From positions 2,368,001 through 2,432,000 of the forward strand of contig OZ243916.1 of the NCBI GenBank assembly GCA_965213675.1: a stretch of 64,000 bases of DNA. The letters are read 5' to 3'. Origin of the DNA: an uncultured Candidatus Binatia bacterium (lineage in GTDB: Bacteria > Desulfobacterota > Binatia > UBA9968 > JAJDTQ01). Below, one piece after another: positions 48,935 through 58,947 of this stretch (positions are counted from its first letter, which is position 1; every line of letters starts with the position of its first letter). The notes beneath the pieces are model-generated. The model was given only the letters and a program-made list of their open reading frames with translations. It did not search any database and was not told the origin of the DNA. A program made the position numbers and the translations under genes.

Positions 48935-51900
48935 TCACCACCGCGCGTTGACTTCGAACCCGACGCTGTGCTCCGGCATGGCCGTGTCGCTCTCCCTGCG
49001 GGTCGCCTTCAGCCCGAAGGAGACATCGGGCGCGTTGGCGTTCGCCGCCGTGGTAAGGCGCCAGCCGAGGCTGTAGTCCCGCGCATCGGTGGCGAGGCCC
49101 AGCCCCATATGCGGGCTGCCGGTGAAGCGCCCCGAGAAGGCCGGGAAGCCCCAGGCCGCTTCCGCCGTCCAGCGGGAGGCGGCCTCCCCTCCGCCCATCC
49201 GGTCCGCCAGCGGGTCGGACGCGAACAGCGCGTCGAGCCCGCCCTTGGCCTGTCCGCCCCAGTCCTGGGTCAGCGTCAGCGAGGGACCGCGCGCGGTCGC
49301 CGGGTCGGGATCGAAGGCCAGCGAGGCCGCGAAGCCCCGATCCTCCAGATCGTCCGAGCCGTGCGCGACCAGCGTGCGGCCCGACAGGTCGAGCGACAGG
49401 CCGAGCGCCGGATCGACCCAGGCGAGCCCGCCGCCGAGTTCCACCCCGAAGCCGGTCTCGGCATCGCCCCCGTCGTGGCGCGCGCCTATTTCCAGCTTGG
49501 GTGTGAGACTGCCCCCGCCCTCGGTGGCGATGCGCCAGCTCCCCTCCAGGCCGAGCCGGAGACGGGTCACGTCGGACTCCGACGCCGCAAGCTCGTGCGT
49601 CTTCTCCGAGCTCGTCCGCGCCCACAAGGCATCCGAGGTCAGCGCCAGCGCAAGGCCGCTCCCTTCCCTCGACAGGGAAACAAGGTCGTTGCGAACCCCC
49701 GCCGCCGCCATCGTCCAGGCGATGTCGGAGCTGAGCGAGCCGCCCACCTCCGGCTTCAGCGTGACCTCGCCGGTGCCATGGCCCGCCGCGCCCCAGAGCT
49801 TCAGATGCTCGGACGCCTGGATCGCGGCATAGGGAACCGCCGCCGTCAGCGACGCATCCACCTTGCCGTCGCCTTCGCGGACGGCGCCGGCGCACAGATG
49901 CGCCATCGTGGCGGGGTCCATGCCCTCGCCAACATCCGGACAGTGCTGCGGCCCCGATTCCCTGTCGGCATAGCCGCCTTCCCCGCTGCTCCGCATCAGC
50001 GCCATGCCGACCAGCCAGTTGCCGCGCGCATAGTCCGCGCCCAGCATCGCCGAGGTCGCCTCGCCGTCGAGCGAGAACGTCCCCTCCCGTCCGTCGAAGC
50101 TCGACTGCGCCGCCCGGCCCCAGAAGGCCAGGCTGCCGCCCATGCCGTCCTTCTCCCCGGTCGCCGTGAAGCTGCTGCCCAGCAGAGCCTCGAGCCCGGT
50201 CATGGTGTACGAGCCCGCGCCGCCTGCCCCGGACACCGATCCGGTGGCGAAGCCATGAGCGTCATGGCCGATCGCGCCGCCGCCCCAACCGTCGGCGGAA
50301 GCGCCGAAGGCGCGGGCCACGTGGGAGCGTGCCGGCACGTCCTTGCCGGCAAGGCTGCCTGGTGCGGCATTGTCGTTCGCCGCCCCGGACCCGTCAGGGC
50401 TGCCGAAGCCGAGCGCCTGTCCGGCGATCGTGCCCTGCACCCCGGCGCCGCGCGAGGCCGCGATGCGCCCGGCTATGCCGTCCAGCGCCTGCTCCGCCGC
50501 CGTGCGACCGAAGCGCGCCAGCCACGCCGCCGGCATCGGGTCCGAGTTGGTGATGGTGCCCACCGCGACCCCGTCCGCAATCGATACCGACACCCCGGGC
50601 GGACCGTTCACGGCCGCGTCGAACAGCACCATCTCGAAGGTCTCCGGACCCTCGTCATGGCTGTCGTTGTAGAGGCGGACGTGGATCAGCGTTTCCGTCT
50701 GCCCCGGCCTGAACCGGGCCCGCAGCCGCCAGGACCGCTTCCACGCCAGGTAGTCCTGGCCCGCCACGGCCGACACCGGCGTCGAATCCCGCGTCGCGTA
50801 GTAGACATGGACCGGCCAGTCCACCGGCTCGCTCAACGTCACCTTGAAATTCCCCGTTATTCCGTTCTCCTTGAGCGTGGCATCGGCAATCGAGATCGTC
50901 GGACCCGAGGACGCCGCATCGTTGTCGGACACCGCCACCGTGGCCGCATTGTCCGGGGCGGCGGCCAGTGTGTAGCCGGCGCCAATGCCCAGGGTGGCGG
51001 TGATCGAGCCGTCCGGCTCGTCCGCGCCGTCGTCCACCGTGGCGACCTCCACGTCCACGCTGCCTGTGACCGGGACGGTGACCGTCCTCGACCCGGTCTC
51101 GCCCGAGGCGGCGAAATCGCCGCTCTGGCCGACGGTCAGCGTTACGTCGAGCGGTGCGACCGGCACCGGGCTCGCCGAGACCGTGAAGGAGGCCGACGTG
51201 CCTTCCGTCACCCCGCTGCCGGCGGCGATGCTCACCACCGGCTCGTCATTGTCGCGCACCGCCACCGCGGCGCTGCCCTTGCCCGTGGCCACGGTGTAGC
51301 CCGTGCCCGTGCCGAGGGTGACGCTCACCGACCCATCGGCCTCGTCCGCTGTGTCGTCCACCGTGGCCACCGAGAGTGCGACGCTGGTAGCCCCTGCTGC
51401 CAGTGTCACCGTCCGGCTGCCCGCGCCGGGGGCGTCCAGATACTCGCCGCTCTGGGCGACGGTCCAGGCAATCGTCAGGTCGGAATGCGGCGCCGGATCG
51501 GCCGTGACCGTGAAGGTGGCATTGCCGCCCTCGTCCACGGCGGAGCCCGCCGAAAGGCTGAGTTCGGGCGTGGCGGGTGTTACCGGCTGGACCTCAGCCT
51601 GTTCCGGCTGTTCCTCCTGCGGCGGGTTCGCCAGGCATTCCAGCGCCGGCGGCACGGGCGCCCAGCGCTTGAGGCCGCGATCCGCCTGCGCCCGCGCCTC
51701 GGCGACAGTCATCGGGTTGTTGCTGTAGGCGTTGCTCACCCCGAAGGCGGCAAGCACCCGGCTCCAGCGCTCGACATGGCCCGGCGAAGTCCGCCAGGTC
51801 TCGCTCGCAGCCGCCTGGGCGTCGGCAAGCAGGGCGTCGGAGACGCAGGCCGGAGCCTGGCTGTCGGCGCCTTGCGCGCTGGCGCTCAGCGCGTCGCCGC

Positions 51901-54727
51901 CCGGCCCCACGGCAAGCGTCGCCGTGGCGGCCAGCGCGTCGAGTTGCTGCACCGCGCCATTGCCGTCGATGTATTCCGGCGTCACCGTGACCGTCAGCGT
52001 CATCGCTTCTTGCGCATCATGCCGGATGGTGGCCGTAGTGCCGGTCACGCTCTCGACGCCGGAAACGGCGGTCTCGGAGCCGTTGGCATCCCATGACACG
52101 TCATAGGAGGTGGCATGTGCCACCGCGTCCCAGGTGGCGCTGGCGCTGGCGTCGTCCACCGCCGTCACCTGCAGGTTGGAGACCGCCGTGTCGGGCGCCT
52201 GGACCGCCGGCGCGTTGTTGCCCACGGGGCATAGCCCGTTATTGATCCGCACGCATTTGCTGCCCGGAGCCAGCCGGAACGGACGGCCGGTGGCCGTCAC
52301 CTTGAAGGTCACCGTGCCCGCCCCGGCGTCGTGCCGGATACTGATGGGCACCGTGAACTCGGAAAAGCCCCTATTAAGTGACTTGTAGCCCGACTTGCCC
52401 AGACCCTGCCTGCGGTTGTCATCGACCACCCCGCCGGTGTCCTCGACCTCCCACTTGACGTAGAGGCCGGTCGGCAGGGCGCCATTGACCGAAGTGATCG
52501 TGAATATCGCGCGGTACCGGCGGTCGCGCTTCGACGTGTCGTCATACCCCGACACCTTCAGAACGGGCAGGTCGTCCTTGATGGTGATGACCGTGCTGAT
52601 GGTCTCGTTGGCAATGCGGGTCGAGTCCGGAATCTCCAGCAGGGCCGTGGTCTCCTTGCCCGACACGGTGCTCCGCTGCAGCCGGATTTTCACCGACTCG
52701 TCCGGCTCGTCGCTGCTGCCGTCGTCGAACAGCGTCAGATCGAGGTAGGTGCCGAGTTGCCCCTTCGGCAGCGTCGCGGGGTGGCAGCCCGTCGTCGTGA
52801 CCTTCGTGCCGTCCTGGCCGACCAGCGTGTAGTCGTCGCCAAGCGTCGCCGAACCGCTCACACAGTACTCGAAATGCGCATCGACCTGCAGCGGCCGGTT
52901 GGGTATCGAGGAATGCGCAGGGGCCAGAGCGATCTTGATCCTGCGCCCGCTATCGACCCCGTCCCTCAGCACCGTCCCGCTCTCGTCGACCTTGAGCAGG
53001 GGCGTCGCTTCGTCGTCCTGGATGTATATCGTGATCCGGTTCGGCGAGCCCACCGCGTGGGTGCCCGTGCCCACCATCTCCAGGACCACCGTCTCGGTTC
53101 CCTCGATCAGTGTGTCCTCGATGACCGTGATCGGCAGCGACGCAAGCGTCTTCCCCTTCGCCAGCGTCATCGTGCCCCGGTTGTTGTTCCGGTTGTAGCC
53201 GCCGCGCAGGCGGTAGTCGGTGCCGTAGGTCGCCGTGCTCCCCCCGTCCTCATTCCCGGGTACCACCTGGTAGGTTACCGTGTTATCCCAGCCAGCCTGC
53301 GCCGAGAACGGGATGCCGACATCCTGATCGAGGGACGGTCTGCCTTCTCTCACGCCCGGTTTGCCGGCCCAGGTGCCGAAGGCAAGCGGCTGCTGGTGAT
53401 AATCGTCGTCATCGATCACCAGGGTCTGGCTTCTGAACACGCTGTCGATCCCGTAGGGTGAAGGGAGCGGCTTTACCGGGTTCGGATTCAGGGTGATTCT
53501 GACCGTTTCCTGCCCCGATATAACCAGCCGCTCCTGGCCGTCGATCCACATCGGCACCTGCTCGTGGTGGTTGTCGCCAAGCACCTGGATGCGGAACCTC
53601 TTCAGTTGCTGGTTGGCGGCGATGGACGAGTCGACGCAGCCACTGTTTCTGGTCTGCCAGGCGCTCCCCACCCGTTCCTGTATCAGATAATCGTCTTGCT
53701 CGGCATTGCCGCCGGTGCGTCGCCTGGCACTGCCGGAGAAGCACAGGCGGAAAGGCAGGGGAGACGAAGAGAGCTGTTCGGTCTTGACCTGGAACTCCAC
53801 ATTCTTCGGCGCTGAATCCGTCTCCTTCACGCATGTGTACGTTTTACTGCTGCCTCCACCAACAGAGCAGGTATCCTTGCCCCGGTCCAGCGAGAGCGAG
53901 AGAAACTGGTTTGCGGCCTTGATCGTGAATGTGGCGGAGAGGTCTGGAGGGAATGTGGCGTCGTTAATCTGCCCAAACCGAAGCAAGCCACTCCGAGTGC
54001 CTCCGGCGACAGTCACCGTCACCGGATCATCTGCCCTGATTAGCGAGCCGTGGTAAGCGAGGGTGATCTGCGCGGAGCGATGACTAAGGCTTCTGCCATG
54101 GGGGTGACCCGGCCGCTCTCGCCGGAGCAGCTTGCCGCTTGCGATCGTCAATCCCCGAGGGGCGCCCGACAATGTGATCAGGGCAAGACCTGCTGCGCTC
54201 AACCTGGCTTCGCCGTCCCTGAAGGGGATGGCTCCCTGGTCGTCCGGGTGAATATACTTCTGTCTGAAGGAGTCGGAGAGTTCAGTGGTACCGCCGCGGC
54301 CAGCTCCAAAAAACGTGGCGTTTTTCGGAATCAGTGTGATCGTTGCCCCGTGCAGAAAATGTGCCTGTATCTCGGTGGGAATGGTCTCCAGGTACGGCGC
54401 AGTCTGTGCCTGTGCACCAGTGGCGAGACTGAGCAGCACAGCGGCGAGACTGAACCGCAAATGGTGGATGGCAAAGAAATCCGCCAAAGCGCGGGCGGGA
54501 GACAGGCTGGAGCCGCCGGTGGCAGAAGGCTCAGGCCGGGAGGCTGGGTGCCCCGGGCGGCCAGCCATGCGAGCGCGCTCATGCCGGCGATCCGGCGATA
54601 TACCAAGGGGAGTCCCCTCAACCCTTGTCAACCCCTGCGCGAAACAATTTTTCGCGCGCCCGGCGGTGGCCGCAAGCGCTGCGCCCAGCGCGCGGATCGC
54701 ATGTTGTCCTTCCTTGAATATGGTCAT
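48935..54727 (-). CDS. Giant Calx-beta/FN3-like surface protein with autotransporter-like barrel (intact paralog)
   Basis: Start MTIFKEG (GGAG RBS); extended leader then signal peptide LRFSLAAVLLSLATGAQA/Q; Calx-beta repeats; RHDGGDAETG; ends NARW. Confidence 0.85.
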   Translation of the reverse strand: MTIFKEGQHAIRALGAALAATAGRAKNCFAQGLTRVEGTPLGISPDRRHERARMAGRPGHPASRPEPSATGGSSLSPARALADFFAIHHLRFSLAAVLLSLATGAQAQTAPYLETIPTEIQAHFLHGATITLIPKNATFFGAGRGGTTELSDSFRQKYIHPDDQGAIPFRDGEARLSAAGLALITLSGAPRGLTIASGKLLRRERPGHPHGRSLSHRSAQITLAYHGSLIRADDPVTVTVAGGTRSGLLRFGQINDATFPPDLSATFTIKAANQFLSLSLDRGKDTCSVGGGSSKTYTCVKETDSAPKNVEFQVKTEQLSSSPLPFRLCFSGSARRRTGGNAEQDDYLIQERVGSAWQTRNSGCVDSSIAANQQLKRFRIQVLGDNHHEQVPMWIDGQERLVISGQETVRITLNPNPVKPLPSPYGIDSVFRSQTLVIDDDDYHQQPLAFGTWAGKPGVREGRPSLDQDVGIPFSAQAGWDNTVTYQVVPGNEDGGSTATYGTDYRLRGGYNRNNNRGTMTLAKGKTLASLPITVIEDTLIEGTETVVLEMVGTGTHAVGSPNRITIYIQDDEATPLLKVDESGTVLRDGVDSGRRIKIALAPAHSSIPNRPLQVDAHFEYCVSGSATLGDDYTLVGQDGTKVTTTGCHPATLPKGQLGTYLDLTLFDDGSSDEPDESVKIRLQRSTVSGKETTALLEIPDSTRIANETISTVITIKDDLPVLKVSGYDDTSKRDRRYRAIFTITSVNGALPTGLYVKWEVEDTGGVVDDNRRQGLGKSGYKSLNRGFSEFTVPISIRHDAGAGTVTFKVTATGRPFRLAPGSKCVRINNGLCPVGNNAPAVQAPDTAVSNLQVTAVDDASASATWDAVAHATSYDVSWDANGSETAVSGVESVTGTTATIRHDAQEAMTLTVTVTPEYIDGNGAVQQLDALAATATLAVGPGGDALSASAQGADSQAPACVSDALLADAQAAASETWRTSPGHVERWSRVLAAFGVSNAYSNNPMTVAEARAQADRGLKRWAPVPPALECLANPPQEEQPEQAEVQPVTPATPELSLSAGSAVDEGGNATFTVTADPAPHSDLTIAWTVAQSGEYLDAPGAGSRTVTLAAGATSVALSVATVDDTADEADGSVSVTLGTGTGYTVATGKGSAAVAVRDNDEPVVSIAAGSGVTEGTSASFTVSASPVPVAPLDVTLTVGQSGDFAASGETGSRTVTVPVTGSVDVEVATVDDGADEPDGSITATLGIGAGYTLAAAPDNAATVAVSDNDAASSGPTISIADATLKENGITGNFKVTLSEPVDWPVHVYYATRDSTPVSAVAGQDYLAWKRSWRLRARFRPGQTETLIHVRLYNDSHDEGPETFEMVLFDAAVNGPPGVSVSIADGVAVGTITNSDPMPAAWLARFGRTAAEQALDGIAGRIAASRGAGVQGTIAGQALGFGSPDGSGAANDNAAPGSLAGKDVPARSHVARAFGASADGWGGGAIGHDAHGFATGSVSGAGGAGSYTMTGLEALLGSSFTATGEKDGMGGSLAFWGRAAQSSFDGREGTFSLDGEATSAMLGADYARGNWLVGMALMRSSGEGGYADRESGPQHCPDVGEGMDPATMAHLCAGAVREGDGKVDASLTAAVPYAAIQASEHLKLWGAAGHGTGEVTLKPEVGGSLSSDIAWTMAAAGVRNDLVSLSREGSGLALALTSDALWARTSSEKTHELAASESDVTRLRLGLEGSWRIATEGGGSLTPKLEIGARHDGGDAETGFGVELGGGLAWVDPALGLSLDLSGRTLVAHGSDDLEDRGFAASLAFDPDPATARGPSLTLTQDWGGQAKGGLDALFASDPLADRMGGGEAASRWTAEAAWGFPAFSGRFTGSPHMGLGLATDARDYSLGWRLTTAANANAPDVSFGLKATRRESDTAMPEHSVGFEVNARW

Positions 54728-55020
54728 CGCGATCTCTCCGAACCTGTCGCCCGGCTTGCCGGTGCGCACAGTGCACAAACCTGCCGAGCGTCACTATTTT
54801 TCCATTCGTACCGTATCCGAACACGGAGCGAAGGCAAGTCAGCCGCGCGTTTGTAAAGTCAGCGCGCACTTGCATCCACACACAACGACGGCGACGCCCT
54901 TGCCGGTATCGGCCGCCACAGAGCCGCCGACCGCAGCACCGATATCGTGCATGACGATGCAGGCCGCAGCGCCGTCACCATCGACCGAAATCCCCGCTGA
55001 CGCGGTAGCCGTCCAGCGTG

Positions 55021-55053
55021 CGTGTCAATCAGCCATGCAAGTGGCGCGGTCAA
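55021..55053 (-). pseudogene. 5' stub of PIN toxin (MTAPLAWLIDT) coupled to the antitoxin
   Basis: TTG overlaps the antitoxin stop; LIDT motif, after which PIN homology ends exactly at the 16-bp repeat. Confidence 0.65.
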
Positions 55054-55307
55054 TCCCTGTCCTCTTCGGAGAACGACAGCGGCCGGTATCCGTAACGCGC
55101 CGGTGGCGGCAGTTCGATCCCGTACTCCTCACCGAAATACCGCGCGAACGCTTCGGACGGCTTCGGACGGCTTTCGGACTTCGTGCGTTTTTCGTGAATC
55201 AACCGGCGTACGAACTCTTCCATAGACATGCCGACTTCGCGGGCCTCGCGCTTCAGCCAGGACTTGTCCCGGGAATCGATGTCTCGGACGGTGATGCTGG
55301 AGTTCAT
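55050..55307 (-). CDS. FitA-like ribbon-helix-helix antitoxin
   Basis: SITVRDID......L...A...G.SMEE.VR.LI; FGEEYGIEL; AGGAG RBS. Confidence 0.82.
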   Translation of the reverse strand: MNSSITVRDIDSRDKSWLKREAREVGMSMEEFVRRLIHEKRTKSESRPKPSEAFARYFGEEYGIELPPPARYGYRPLSFSEEDRD

Positions 55308-55569
55308 GTCAACGTCTCCTGTTCAGCCTATACGCCATCAAATTATGCTATCAAGGAATTTGGGTCAAGAGGTTGTAGCCTCCCGCGCGTTGGAGCCGGA
55401 GAAGGCGCTTCTTCAACTGCAAGCGCAGGGCACTTCGAGGCCCAATCGGATCTCGGTCACCATCCTGATGCCCCACCCTGGCGAGTCTCGGATCAGTGTG
55501 CACGTAAACCAGAATTTGGTTACAAGGGTCATCGGGGGCGGGCGCCCCGGGTTTCGGTAACAGGTCAAA

Positions 55570-55758
55570 CTCCAACTCGGCCTCAAGGCCACCCGAAGGG
55601 AGGCCGCCCACTCAAAACCCGAACACATCCTCCGCTTCAAGGTCGCCCTCAACTGGTGACCTCGAAAAAGGCTTGGCCAGACGCCGACCCGTCGGACTTG
55701 CCTGCGGCGGCTACGGCCATTGAGGTGCCGTCGGTCAGGTCGATCACCTCCACGTCCA
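55570..55758 (+). repeat. Direct repeat copy 2 (orphan 3' end of surface-protein gene)
   Basis: Encodes LQLGLKATRREAAHSKPEHILRFKVALNW*, as at 45701-45790. Confidence 0.9.
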
Positions 55759-55798
55759 GGTCCGCCAGAGGGCCGACGGCGGCGATGAACGTCTGATT

Positions 55799-57412
55799 TC
55801 ACGCGCCGCCGGCGAGCCTCTGGTCCACGTGCCACATGGCGACGCAGTCGTCCTCGTTGTAGCGGACGGCCTTTTCGGCCAGGGACCTGTCGCCGGTTTC
55901 GATGGAATCCCAGTAGCACAGTAGCGCTTCGTAGGCGCCGAATCTCTGCTGCCGCCAGTTGAAACCCAGGGCCGGAGCGACGCTCTTGATGGAGTAGCTC
56001 GGCACCGGCAGGTAGACCGCGTCCTGGATGCACTGCTTCAGGTCGACACAGGAGCCGATGAGGCGCGCCAGTCTTCCTTCCAGCCGCGGCCAGCGGCGCA
56101 TGACCGCCTTCATCTGCCACACCTCGTAGTCGGTCCAGTGGTACAGGCGCACGGCATCCATGTCATCGCCCACGTAGTCCAGGAACCCCTCGAAGATCTC
56201 GGGTTCGTCCTCGGGGCCGCGAGCCAGGAACCTGACGAACTGGTCGCGGGAGCCATCCCAACAACCGATGAGGTAGACGTGGGGCGGCAGGGTCGGATGC
56301 ACGTCATCGGAGGTCTCGAAGTCGAAGTAGAGGAGCCGTTTGGCCCGGGGTATCCGCAGCTCGCGGCCGGGCCTGGGAACGGGTTGTCCGGTCCGGTAGC
56401 TCTGGGCCACGTGGTAGGCCGTAGAGCCGTGGTGCGGACCAAGTATCTCGTTGATCTCCTCCGGCGAACGGCTCCATAGCTCATCCACACCGTGGATACC
56501 GGCGGCGCGCAGTTTCGCCCGCTCGGGCGCCCGCACCCCGGCCAGCAGCACCAGGTGCTGGCGCTCGTGCACCAGCTTGTTGCCGTACACACGCCAGGGG
56601 GAGTCGGTGACTTCCGGTGGGCGGTCGGGCTCCGGTTGCTCCACCGTACCGTCCCGCAGACTCGTCCAGCGCGCGGCCACTTCGCCCATCCTGTTCTCGA
56701 AACCCGCGACAGCCACCCGACGGGCCTCATCCCGCAACGCCACCGTCACCCGCGGCGGCGTGTGGCCCTGGATGGCGCCGATGGTGCGATTGTAGAAGGC
56801 CGCCTGGAGCACGTAGGCGTCCCGGAGCTTGCGCGCGCGCTTTATCTCGATGACGCGATAATGGTAGGGGCCGAGGTCCGAGGCGTGGCTGTCGTCGCGC
56901 ACCAGCAGGTCGCCGCGGCCGTAGACGTCGCGGCCCAAGTCCCATAGTTGCGGTTGAAGGACGGCGGGAACACCGTCGAGCATGGCGCGGAGGGTTCGGA
57001 CCAAGGCTTCGTGGCCGAAGTCGGGCCGGATCGCCACGGCGGCGGGATAGTGCGCGGCCACCCAGGCGTCCTCGTGCTCGACGCCGCGACGGTAGCGCAT
57101 CTGCTGGTAGCGGCCTACCTCGTTCACCGCTTCGCCCTTGGGCGCGTGGTAATGGCACCAGACCCAGAACGGGTCGCGCAGCACTTTTTCCACCAAGGAC
57201 GGACGCAGGCGGGAGCGGGCTCGGACTTTCTGCCCAGCGGTGGCGCGGTCGAGCAGCGCCCGCAGCCGGATCTCCGGCCCGTCAAGCGGCAACGTCAGCT
57301 GAATGCCGTGGTCTCCTTCCGATTCGCGGCGGTCGCGGCCGGCCAGGTTCGTTTCACAGACTCTCCGGCCCGCTTGTGACGCGGGCCGACCGCTCAACCC
57401 ACCGCCACTCAA
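55799..57412 (-). CDS. TM0106-family RecB-like nuclease with RNase H-like domain (start uncertain)
   Basis: GRGDLLVR...YRVIEIK...LQAAFY; YFDFET, YHW, DLK, SYSIKSVA..LGF.W, YNEDD. Confidence 0.82.
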   Translation of the reverse strand: MSGGGLSGRPASQAGRRVCETNLAGRDRRESEGDHGIQLTLPLDGPEIRLRALLDRATAGQKVRARSRLRPSLVEKVLRDPFWVWCHYHAPKGEAVNEVGRYQQMRYRRGVEHEDAWVAAHYPAAVAIRPDFGHEALVRTLRAMLDGVPAVLQPQLWDLGRDVYGRGDLLVRDDSHASDLGPYHYRVIEIKRARKLRDAYVLQAAFYNRTIGAIQGHTPPRVTVALRDEARRVAVAGFENRMGEVAARWTSLRDGTVEQPEPDRPPEVTDSPWRVYGNKLVHERQHLVLLAGVRAPERAKLRAAGIHGVDELWSRSPEEINEILGPHHGSTAYHVAQSYRTGQPVPRPGRELRIPRAKRLLYFDFETSDDVHPTLPPHVYLIGCWDGSRDQFVRFLARGPEDEPEIFEGFLDYVGDDMDAVRLYHWTDYEVWQMKAVMRRWPRLEGRLARLIGSCVDLKQCIQDAVYLPVPSYSIKSVAPALGFNWRQQRFGAYEALLCYWDSIETGDRSLAEKAVRYNEDDCVAMWHVDQRLAGGA

Positions 57413-58854
57413 CTGAACGCGGGCTTCTCCTTGGGATAGTGCGCTTCCATGGCGGACCGGTAGCGCTCCATAAGGACGCGGTTGAGTTCCAGCGGCGGCT
57501 GCTGGCCGTCGGGCAGCAACGGACGGTACTCCACGTCGCCGATCTCCTCCCTGAAGGTCTCCTTGGCCTGCGCCACCAGTTCCGGGTCCATCAGCAGGTC
57601 AACGGCGGAGGCGGCCATGGTCTTGGCGCCGGCAACCGCGCCCTTGTGGGCCACGGAGGTGGCCAGGGAGACGCCCGCGCCCCAGTGATGGTAGGCGATG
57701 CCCGGGATGTTGGACGGGAAGTTCACCACGCCCGAAGGCACCACCCAGCAGACGTCGCCGGAGTCGTTGGCGGACACGGACTGCACGGCCTCGCGTAGCT
57801 GGGCCACCTTCGTAGGCATTCCCGTGGCCTTGACGTTGACCTTGGTCTGAAGGTCGGTGACGAGTTTCTGCTCGGCTTCGCTCCACCGCGGCATGCCCAC
57901 GGCCTCGATGTTGTTCTGGATGACCTCGGCCAGCGTCTGGTTGCAACGGGTGGGCGCCACCGCGCTCAGCACGTTCACCGAGTAGGAGGTGTCGGTCATG
58001 GTGGCCGCGCCCTGGGCGACGCGCTTGGCTTTCTCGAACAGCGCCCGCGCCTTCTCTGCCGTGGCCTCGCGGAAGAACCACCAGATGGTGGCGGTGTTGG
58101 GGATGACGTTGGGCTGGTCGCCGCCGTTGCTGATGACCCGGTGGCTGCGCTGGGAAGGCTCGAGATGCTCCCGCAGCTTGTCCCAGCCGATGTCCATGAG
58201 CACCGCCGCGTCCAGCGCGTCGCGCGCGTTCCAGGGCGAGGTGGCGGCATGGGCGCTCTCGCCCTTGAAGGTGAACTCCGCGGAGATGAGCGCGTACTGC
58301 CGCAGGCCGTACACGGTGCCCAGGTTGGAGCCGATGTGATCGTGCAGCGCCACGTCCACGTCCTTGAAGTAGCCGTCCCGCACGAAGTAGGGCCGGCTCA
58401 CGAGCTGTTCCTCGGCCGGGGCGCCGTATACCCGCAGGGTCCCCTGGATACCGAACTGCTCCATGGTATTCTTCACCGCCACCGCGGCGCCGACCATCAC
58501 CGCGGCATTGACGTTGTGACCCTCGGTGTGGCCCGGCGCGCCGTCGACGATGGGCTTCTGCTCGGTCACGCCCGCCATCTGCGAGCTCGAGGGGGTGGCG
58601 TCGAACTCCGTGTGGAGCGCCACCACCGGCTTGCCGGATCCGTAAGTGGCGATGAAAGCAGTGGGCATCCCCGAGATGCCTCGCTCGATTTCGAAGCCCG
58701 CCTGCTCCAGGATCTCGGTCATGAGCCCGGTGGTGCGATATTCCTGCATTCCCAGCTCGGCGAAATAGAAGATGTTGTCGCCGAGGAGGGCGATGTTGTT
58801 CCCGTTCTCCTCCACGGCGTCGATGGCGAACCGTTTTTGCTTTGAATCCGGCAT
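57409..58854 (-). CDS. M20 amidohydrolase (AbgB-like)
   Basis: AELGMQEY, TAFIATYGSGKP, GH.EGHN, PAEE, AHAA..PW, GGDQPNV; start MPDSKQ with GAGGAGG RBS. Confidence 0.88.
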   Translation of the reverse strand: MPDSKQKRFAIDAVEENGNNIALLGDNIFYFAELGMQEYRTTGLMTEILEQAGFEIERGISGMPTAFIATYGSGKPVVALHTEFDATPSSSQMAGVTEQKPIVDGAPGHTEGHNVNAAVMVGAAVAVKNTMEQFGIQGTLRVYGAPAEEQLVSRPYFVRDGYFKDVDVALHDHIGSNLGTVYGLRQYALISAEFTFKGESAHAATSPWNARDALDAAVLMDIGWDKLREHLEPSQRSHRVISNGGDQPNVIPNTATIWWFFREATAEKARALFEKAKRVAQGAATMTDTSYSVNVLSAVAPTRCNQTLAEVIQNNIEAVGMPRWSEAEQKLVTDLQTKVNVKATGMPTKVAQLREAVQSVSANDSGDVCWVVPSGVVNFPSNIPGIAYHHWGAGVSLATSVAHKGAVAGAKTMAASAVDLLMDPELVAQAKETFREEIGDVEYRPLLPDGQQPPLELNRVLMERYRSAMEAHYPKEKPAFS

Positions 58855-58947
58855 GGTGTCCTCCTCATGGCATGCGCGGATCATATTACAAGGAGGGCGG
58901 CCCGTCGAGGGGGATCCGGGCCAACAACTGGATCGTCCCTCCGCGCT

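Larger units (their letters stand above)
46484..55029. mobile_element. Degraded integrative element (integrase, relaxase and cargo relics plus a surface-protein gene) inserted in a PIN toxin gene
   Basis: Flanked by 14/16 direct repeats CGTTCGTGTCAATTAG (46471) and CGTGCGTGTCAATCAG (55017); integrase stub next to the left end. Confidence 0.65.

Noticed and set aside
47901-49895. 664-aa ORF as a real fusion protein
   Set aside because: It is read-through of an alternate adhesin frame, antisense S24, TrwC and DUF3800 fragments.
39264-54727. Diversity-generating retroelement or shufflon acting on the adhesins
   Set aside because: No reverse transcriptase, no adenine-specific TR/VR pair, and no intact recombinase or short repeated inversion sites were seen.
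55351-55569. Possible gene fragment (LLPKPGAPAPDDPCNQILVYVHTDPR)
   Set aside because: It looks protein-like but I cannot assign it without a search.
55799-57412. Cas4 gene
   Set aside because: It has the RecB motif but no Fe-S cysteine cluster or cas neighbours; the RNase H-like tail fits TM0106.
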